Positions 1-5,009 of a DNA stretch of 5,009 bases are shown here, one piece after another (position 1 is the stretch's first letter; every line of letters begins with the position of its first letter). The DNA is from Octopus sinensis (taxonomy: Eukaryota): contig NW_021830225.1 of assembly GCF_006345805.1 (NCBI RefSeq), positions 1 to 5,009 on the forward strand. Direction: 5' to 3'. The notes below the pieces were generated by a model. The model saw only the letters and a program-made list of their open reading frames with translations, had not been told where the DNA came from and made no database searches. The translations under genes were made by a program, and so were the position numbers.

Positions 1-1
<1 letters not shown>

Positions 2-45
<44 letters not shown>
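2..45. repeat. (TA)22 microsatellite, possibly truncated by the window edge
   Basis: Perfect TA dinucleotide run from 2 to 45. Confidence 0.97.
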
Positions 46-48
<3 letters not shown>

Positions 49-582
49 CTAATCAGAACTATTACAACGGACAGGTTGATATTATATTTGTGTCAACAAT
101 CAAGGGAGTACCACCACACAAACCCCACGATACAAAAAAAAATCAATAAATATAACTGAAAATAATAAAATAATATGTATATATGTGTGTATATAATTGT
201 GTTTAAATAAACACATTTTTTTATAAACAATATAATAAACAAATCGAGGAGCAGCAATTCATTCGAAAAAAGAAACAGTATTTAAAATGAAGGCCACGGG
301 ACAACGATTGTGTGGGAAGGAAATTGTTTAATCGGACGCCATTTTTATCAAAGTCGTTTTGTCTACGAGGTCATTGCTAGGTTTGTTTCTTTTTTCTTTA
401 TTTTTATTTTTGAGGGATGGGTCTAGCTTCTTTTTAAATTTGATTTTTACTTTTTATTTTGGTTTATTTTTTAGCTATCATTAAATTAAAAGTAGATTTT
501 TCGCAATATATGTTTGTTAGGATTTTGTCGTGACAATTTCATTGGGGAGCGCTGCCAAAATAGGTAGTGTTACTTGCTGGAA

Positions 583-610
583 GAATGAATGGATGGCCGG
601 ATGGATGGAT
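583..610. repeat. Short degenerate (GGAT/GAAT)n tetranucleotide repeat
   Basis: gaatgaatggatggccggatggatggat. Confidence 0.6.
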
Positions 611-817
611 ATTGCGCTGTTCGTTACACCTACAACTCAGACACATCAAAGAAATTATGTGTGTCCCTTTATTCAAAACAGTCTCATTACAAATTCTACA
701 CTTATTTGAACTGCCGTTTCCAAATAATAAAGTAACAAGAATATTTTTAATCAACAAATAACTCTTAAATGTGAAATATATTATTATACTTGTGTAGGTT
801 GGGAAGGCATATATCAA

Positions 818-860
818 TGTGTGTGTGTGTGCGTGTATGTGTGTGCGTGTGTGTGTGTGT
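818..860. repeat. (TG)n microsatellite with CG/TA interruptions, abutting the 5' end of a SINE
   Basis: tgtgtgtgtgtgtgcgtgtatgtgtgtgcgtgtgtgtgtgtgt directly precedes aggcgcagg. Confidence 0.95.
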
Positions 861-861
861 A

Positions 862-1029
862 GGCGCAGGAGTGGCTGCGTGGTAAGTTGCTTGCTTACCA
901 ACCACATAGTTCCTGGTTCAGTCCCACTGCATGGCACCTTGCACAAGTATCTTCTACTATTGCCTCGGGCCGACCAAAGCCTTGTGAGTTGATTTGGTAG
1001 ACGGAAACTGAAAGAAGCCCATCATATAT

Positions 1030-1068
<39 letters not shown>

Positions 1069-1287
1069 GTGTGTCTGTGTCTGTGTCTGTGTTTCTCTCA
1101 CCACAATCGCTTGACAACCGATGCTGATGCGTTTACGTCCGCGTAACTTAGCGGTTCGGCAAATATGATCGATAGAATAAGTACTGGGCTTACAAAGAAT
1201 AAGTCCCGGGGTCGATTTGCGCGACTAAAGGCGGTGCTCCAGCATGGCCGCAGTCAAATGACTGAAACAAGTAAAACAATAAAAGAA
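862..1287 (+). mobile_element. tRNA-derived SINE, family A copy 1 (octopus-type, with internal microsatellite)
   Basis: Pol III A-box-like TGGCTGCGTGG (872-882) and B-box-like GGTTCAGTCCC (915-925). The 5' module 862-1023 is about 83% identical (28 differences in 162 nt, hand alignment) to 2463-2623. There is an internal TG-rich tract at 1024-1107. The 3' module starts at cgcttgacaaccgatg (1108) and ends in an A-rich tail aaacaagtaaaacaataaaagaat. The family name cannot be verified here (candidates are the octopus OK/OR1/OR2 tRNA-SINEs). The segment ccttgcacaagtatcttctactattgcctcg loosely resembles the start of the CORE domain. Confidence 0.9.
1032..1092. repeat. (GT)18 followed by (TGTGTC)n, internal to SINE A copy 1
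   Basis: Perfect GT run at 1032-1067, then tgtgtgtctgtgtctgtgtctgtgt. Confidence 0.95.
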
Positions 1288-1409
1288 TATATATATAGAT
1301 GTGTATTCTTATATATATAATAGATATATATATGTGTGTGTATATAAATATTTATGTATATATATATGTATTTATAATATATATATATATGTATGTATGT
1401 GTGTGTGTG

Positions 1410-1442
<33 letters not shown>

Positions 1443-1473
1443 ATATAAATACATATATATGTATGTTTATATA
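1287..1473. repeat. Compound (TA)n/(TG)n/(TATG)n low-complexity tract
   Basis: Almost continuous purine-pyrimidine alternation. Includes the 16-bp perfect palindrome atacatatatatgtat (1449-1464). Confidence 0.93.
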
Positions 1474-1485
1474 CGCCCGCTCTCA

Positions 1486-1568
1486 AACACAAACACACTC
1501 ATATACACGCGTACACGTATATATACTCACGCATACATACATGCATGCATGCACGCATTCATATGTGT
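1486..1568. repeat. Degenerate (CA)/(TA)/(CATG) alternating purine-pyrimidine tract
   Basis: aacacaaacacactcatatacacgcgtacacgtatatatactcacgcatacatacatgcatgcatgcacgcattcatatgtgt. Confidence 0.75.
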
Positions 1569-1853
1569 AGCAATAAGTACAGGTGACCAATCGCGCATAC
1601 TTTCCTGAGTTATTAACGTGTAACGATGTGTGCACCTGAGTGTGTTTGGATGTTTGGTTGGTGCTGAAGACTTCGTTTCGGAATACAGAAAGCATATTTT
1701 GGTACATGTACACCTGAATATAAACACATCTATTGTTCTATCTACTTTATTATTCCATAAACTAACAACGGCCAATAACAAGACCTTTGGCCGTCTGACA
1801 CTAAAAATAACCAGGTATCTCCTCTTGTTCCACGTCATTTGTTCGGCAGCCCT

Positions 1854-1870
1854 CACACACACACACACAC

Positions 1871-1922
<52 letters not shown>

Positions 1923-1952
1923 GAATCATCCTCGTGCGTGCACACACACACA
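1854..1952. repeat. Compound (CA)8-(CT)~18-(CA)8 microsatellite plus a trailing (CA)6
   Basis: CA at 1854-1869, CT at 1870-1905 (one ccc interruption), CA at 1906-1921 and CA at 1941-1952. Confidence 0.95.
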
Positions 1953-2006
1953 TGAGCACTCCATCGGTTGACAGACATAATCATTGCTACCAGAATATAT
2001 TAAACA

Positions 2007-2225
2007 AGGCGTGGAAAGCTGGCGGAAACGTTAGCACGCCGGGCGAAATGCTTAGCAGTATTTCGTCTGCCGTTACGTTCTGAGTTCAAATCCCACCGCG
2101 GTCGACTTTGCCTTTCATCTATTTGGGGTCGATAAATTAAGTACTGGTTGCATACTGAGGTCGATCTAATCGACTGGTCTCCTCCCCACAAAAATTTTGG
2201 GTCTTGTGCATAGAGTAGAAAAGAT
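2007..2225 (+). mobile_element. tRNA-derived SINE, family B copy 1, apparently full length with target-site duplication
   Basis: Weak A-box TGGCGGAAACG (2020-2030) and B-box GTTCAAATCC (2084-2093). The central domain is gtcgactttgcctttcatctatttggggtcgataaattaagtactgg and the 3' end is agtagaaaagatt. Flanks tatattaaaca (1996-2006) and tatattataca (2226-2236) match at 10/11, consistent with a TSD. A homologous decayed copy lies on the minus strand at about 4149-4311. Confidence 0.88.
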
Positions 2226-2415
2226 TATATTATACATTTATTTCATTTTATGGCAAACAGCTTGCAAATATGATATTGAGTCCAACAGTAGCACAGACAC
2301 GAGGTGGGGGTTCTTTTCGGTGGTAAGTCTTTTGCACGCTATAACTAGTAAATGCATAACACCAATAAAACGACCATCGCGAATCGAACTCACATTTCTC
2401 TCCACCTATTTGCGT

Positions 2416-2455
2416 ACCTACCTACCTCCTTTTCCATCTGTCTATCTGTCTATCA
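2416..2455. repeat. Short (CTAC)n/(CTAT/CTGT)n tetranucleotide tract upstream of SINE A copy 2
   Basis: tacctacctacctcc...catctgtctatctgtctatc. Confidence 0.7.
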
Positions 2456-2462
2456 ATATGCA

Positions 2463-2862
2463 AGCGCAGGCGTGGCTGCGTGGTAAGAAGCTTGCTTCCC
2501 AACTACGCGCTTCTGGGTTCAGTCCCACTGCGTGGCACCTTGTGCAATTATCTTCTACTGTAGCCTCAAGATGACCAAAGCCTTTGAGTAGATGTGGTAG
2601 ATGGAAACTGGAAGAAGCCCGTCGTGTGTGTGTGGTGTGTGTGCATGTGTATGTATGAGTGTGTGTTTGCATCTCTTTATCTTCCACTAACGCTTGACAA
2701 CCGATGTTGGTGTGTTTACGTCCCCGTAACATCGCGGTTCGACAAAAAAGAGCGATAGAATAAGTACCAGGCTTAAAAAAAATTTCGTTCGACTGTAAAT
2801 TCTTCAAGGTGGTGCCCCAGTATGGCCGCAGCCGAATGACCGAACCGAGCAGAGGAAAGATA
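2463..2862 (+). mobile_element. tRNA-derived SINE, family A copy 2 (different 3' subtype)
   Basis: A-box-like TGGCTGCGTGG (2473-2483) and B-box-like GGTTCAGTCCC (2516-2526). It is colinear with 862-1287, with an internal TG-rich tract at 2624-2690 and a 3' module from cgcttgacaaccgatg (2691). It lacks gaataagtcccggggtcga, carries an extra gtaaattcttc, and ends in aaagata. Confidence 0.9.
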
Positions 2863-3013
2863 GAAGCTATGCCATGCGAAGCTCTGGCAGACACGTGTGT
2901 CGGTGCGTGTGTAATGATGGCAATTCGGATATAAACATCGAAGAGAAAAGCCGATCATACATTAATAATGAACGAAAAGTAGCAAAACGGGAAGAATGTG
3001 GAGAAGGAAAGGT

Positions 3014-3074
3014 GGCGGAAGGGGGTGGCGGGGCGGAAGGGGGTGGCGTGGCGGAAGGGGGTGGCGTGGCGGAA
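3014..3074. repeat. 18-bp G-rich minisatellite (GGCGGAAGGGGGTGGCGT) x ~3.4
   Basis: Units at 3014-3031, 3032-3049, 3050-3067 and a partial unit at 3068-3074. Only one substitution among the three full units. Confidence 0.95.
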
Positions 3075-3095
3075 ACGTCGTCTTCCGATTGGAAA

Positions 3096-3096
3096 A

Positions 3097-3131
<35 letters not shown>
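3096..3131. repeat. (AAAG)9 microsatellite
   Basis: Perfect tetranucleotide run. Confidence 0.97.
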
Positions 3132-3132
<1 letters not shown>

Positions 3133-3282
3133 AGAAAACAGAAGAGAATGGTCTCTGAATGTCCTTATAAATACATGTGTACGAATCGTTGTGAAAGTTT
3201 TTACCGTTTTGCTCCTCCCACCCCGGCAACTCTGTCCTTCTGACCTACTAAAAGCCAAATAATAAATGCAATAAAATAGATG

Positions 3283-3337
<55 letters not shown>

Positions 3338-3354
3338 TGATGATGATGATGATG
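3283..3354. repeat. Compound (ATA)17(ATG)7 microsatellite
   Basis: ATA at 3283-3333 joined in register to ATG at 3334-3354. Confidence 0.97.
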
Positions 3355-3422
3355 ATTTTTTTCACGCCCACCGAAAACACTTGGAGAAGAGCAGTACTTT
3401 CTGGTCCTGGTTCCTACGATTC

Positions 3423-3641
3423 TACCACCACCGCCACCACCATTACCACAGCCACAACCACTACTACCACCACCATGACTAACACTAACCAGTACCCTCT
3501 TCCCCCCCTCTCTCTCTCTTTCTTTCTTTCTCGTTATGATCATACCATGACCATCCCTGCTCAAGAGCCACCACATCATATTAGCACCACCGCCACCAGT
3601 ACCTCTACTACTATTTCAACTCTTATTACAAATACAACTAC
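3423..3641. repeat. Degenerate (ACC/ACT)n blocks (3423-3475, 3585-3641) around a (CT)/(CTTT) tract (3496-3532)
   Basis: Two decayed ACN trinucleotide blocks share caccaccgccacca (3426-3439 and 3585-3598), with a pyrimidine tract between them. Confidence 0.75.
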
Positions 3642-3862
3642 GATAAGGAGTGAACGAGGGAGCCTCGATGCAGTTGCTCGACTTGTTAGAAACAGCAGCC
3701 AACTATCACACAAATCACGCTCTAACGTCTTTCAAAAAAGAAAAGAAGGGAACGGCATAGACAACGTGGTCCCTCATTTTAAAAAAAAGGAAAAAAAAAC
3801 AAGGATGACATTGTTTTTCAGGAATAGCTTTTTATCAGGGATAACCTAAAACGAAAGTACGG

Positions 3863-3928
3863 CAACAACAATAACAACTACACGTACTACAACCACCACC
3901 ACCACCACCACCACTACTACTACTACTA

Positions 3929-3971
<43 letters not shown>
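3863..3971. repeat. Compound trinucleotide array: degenerate (ACA), then (ACC)7, (ACT)5+3 and (GCT)11
   Basis: ACC at 3892-3912, ACT at 3913-3927 and 3930-3938, GCT at 3939-3971. Confidence 0.96.
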
Positions 3972-4148
3972 AACCTAAACCAGTTGTTTTGCTATTGAAG
4001 GACAAACTGTAAACTGCCCACAATATGTTACCTGGACACTTTTTCGCCCCGTTGCTTGGTTAGCTGAGCGGCTGCAATCTTTCTGCAGACGGACCAGCAG
4101 GATCTGATGCTTTGCCATTCACATTCGGAATGGTTTATAAGAATATTC

Positions 4149-4311
4149 AATCGACGCAAGGACTTTGACTGCTACTTTTATTTCATCGACCATCGAGGAG
4201 GCTGCAAGAAGCAAAGATGACTTCGGTACGATTTGAACTTAGAATGCAAAAAACCGAAATTGAATAATACTGCAAAGCAAAGCATTTCGGCCGGCACTTC
4301 TAGCGATTCTG
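4149..4311 (-). mobile_element. Decayed family B SINE copy (minus strand)
   Basis: The reverse complement reads cagaatcgctagaagtgccggccgaaatgctt...gcagtatt...ttctaagttcaaatcgtaccgaagtcatctttgc...ggtcgatgaaataaaagtagc...gtcgat. This is colinear with 2021-2165 (gaaacgttagcacgccgggcgaaatgcttagcagtatt...ttctgagttcaaatcccaccgcggtcgactttgc...ggtcgataaattaagtact...gtcgat) and retains the B-box gttcaaatc. Boundaries are approximate. Confidence 0.78.
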
Positions 4312-4485
4312 ATTAATAACACCGCGTAAAATATTTTCTGGGACCACCCGATGTTTCCCATGACTGCCGCAACTGCAATTCGAACCAGCGATTCTTAAGT
4401 TTTGGTGTTTTGAATTCTCGACATTTATTCTCTGCAGACAACTTCACTGAGTAACGAAAATCAACAATAGCAGGCTTTAAGACAA

Positions 4486-4523
4486 CTCTCTCTCTCATTT
4501 TCTCTGTATCTCTCTCACTTTCT

Positions 4524-4604
<81 letters not shown>
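4486..4604. repeat. (CT)n microsatellite within a ~145-nt polypyrimidine tract (to ~4632)
   Basis: Long CT runs at about 4530-4602 interrupted by tatcta, with a degenerate CT-rich 5' part. Confidence 0.96.
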
Positions 4605-4607
<3 letters not shown>

Positions 4608-4711
4608 TATTCTTTTTATTCTTCTTTATTTCCGTTCCGTGCTTGTGTGGCACACCGCTCTGTCTCTGGACGGTTCTGCTAACATGTCAAAAAAATCAGT
4701 CTTTCTTAGAA

Positions 4712-4773
4712 AAGAAGAAGGAGAAGAAGAGAAGAAGAAGAAGAAGAAGAAGAAGAAGAAGAAGAAGAAGAAG
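4712..4773. repeat. (GAA)14 microsatellite with degenerate 5' extension
   Basis: Perfect GAA at 4731-4772, with aagaagaaggagaagaaga upstream. Confidence 0.97.
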
Positions 4774-4849
4774 ATTCTCCATTTTGTGGAGGGTGGAGAA
4801 AAGTTAACTGTGGGGTGGTTATCCACACACATTCACAACGCTTACACAC

Positions 4850-4917
4850 GTATGAGTATGTATGTTTGTATTATGCATGTGTGTGTTTGTATAACACATA
4901 TATACATATACATACAC

Positions 4918-4960
<43 letters not shown>

Positions 4961-4983
4961 ATTTGTATATACACACACACATA
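4850..4983. repeat. Compound (TG)/(CA)/(TA) low-complexity tract
   Basis: Alternating purine-pyrimidine blocks, with a TA run at 4930-4948, TG at 4948-4960 and CA at 4971-4981. Confidence 0.92.
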
Positions 4984-5009
4984 GAAGGATCACACTCTAG
5001 TGTTACTTA

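Noticed and set aside
43-62. 8-bp hairpin atagttct-aatc-agaactat
   Set aside because: Short and partly formed by the TA repeat. There is no basis for a terminator or regulatory call in a eukaryotic context.
862-937. tRNA gene (also 2463-2538 and 2007-2100)
   Set aside because: A and B boxes are present, but there is no proper acceptor or anticodon stem, and the sequence continues into a SINE body. These are SINE heads.
809-1304. Possible TSD for SINE A copy 1 (atatatcaatgtgt at 809-822 versus atatatagatgtgt at 1291-1304)
   Set aside because: Low-complexity 12/14 match about 40 nt away from the element start, readily produced by chance in TA/TG DNA.
1664-1691. Hammerhead-ribozyme-like core motifs CTGAAGA (1664-1670) and GAAA (1688-1691)
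   Set aside because: The stem II closing pair is absent (C opposite A) and no stems I or III are evident. CTGATGC at 1124 and 4104 does not match CUGANGA.
2371-2400. Isolated minus-strand B-box-like motifs (gagttcgattc at about 2381-2391; ggttcga at 4380-4386)
   Set aside because: No matching A-box or recognisable SINE body. They could be old remnants but cannot be supported.
3014-3074. CRISPR-like or protein-coding tandem repeat
   Set aside because: The units are head-to-tail with no spacers, the context is eukaryotic, and the surrounding ORFs run into (AAAG)n.
3472-3551. Direct repeat accatgac (3472-3479; 3544-3551) around the CT tract
   Set aside because: It sits in ACC-rich degenerate repeat sequence where such matches are expected.
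4110-4121. ctttgccattca resembling the family B core ctttgcctttca (11/12)
   Set aside because: Similarity does not extend convincingly on either side.
4029-4131. Possible exon signals near 4030-4130 (+ acceptor tctttctgcag at 4088; - donor cag|gtaaca at about 4032)
   Set aside because: No partner splice site of good quality, and the translated frames resemble nothing I recognise.
539-5000. All ORFs in the six-frame track (poly-I/M/T, poly-H/Y, poly-K/F, THTH/YIYI/CVCV runs, SATPPP repeats, and SINE-derived peptides such as MCKVPCSGTEPG and QAWLRGKKLASQ)
   Set aside because: They stay open only because they cross stop-free microsatellites, the 18-bp minisatellite or SINEs. Many use non-ATG starts, and I recognise no domain or coherent exon structure.

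Overview
Non-coding, repeat-rich animal genomic DNA, most likely from a coleoid cephalopod (probably Octopus). That assignment is inferred from my recollection of the SINE sequences and the very high microsatellite density, not from a database search. I see no supportable protein-coding gene, tRNA, rRNA or CRISPR array; the listed ORFs are microsatellite or SINE read-throughs. The window holds four tRNA-derived SINE copies from two families: family A at 862-1287 (+) and 2463-2862 (+), and family B at 2007-2225 (+, with an 11-bp TSD) and a decayed copy at about 4149-4311 (-). It also holds an 18-bp G-rich minisatellite and many simple or compound microsatellites, by eye roughly a quarter of the window. 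The best leads are a two-block sequence module shared by both SINE families, a compound trinucleotide array bracketed by a perfect 9-bp direct repeat, and a CpG-dense, G-quadruplex-capable segment at about 2870-3090. I found no convincing evidence of a new biological system.
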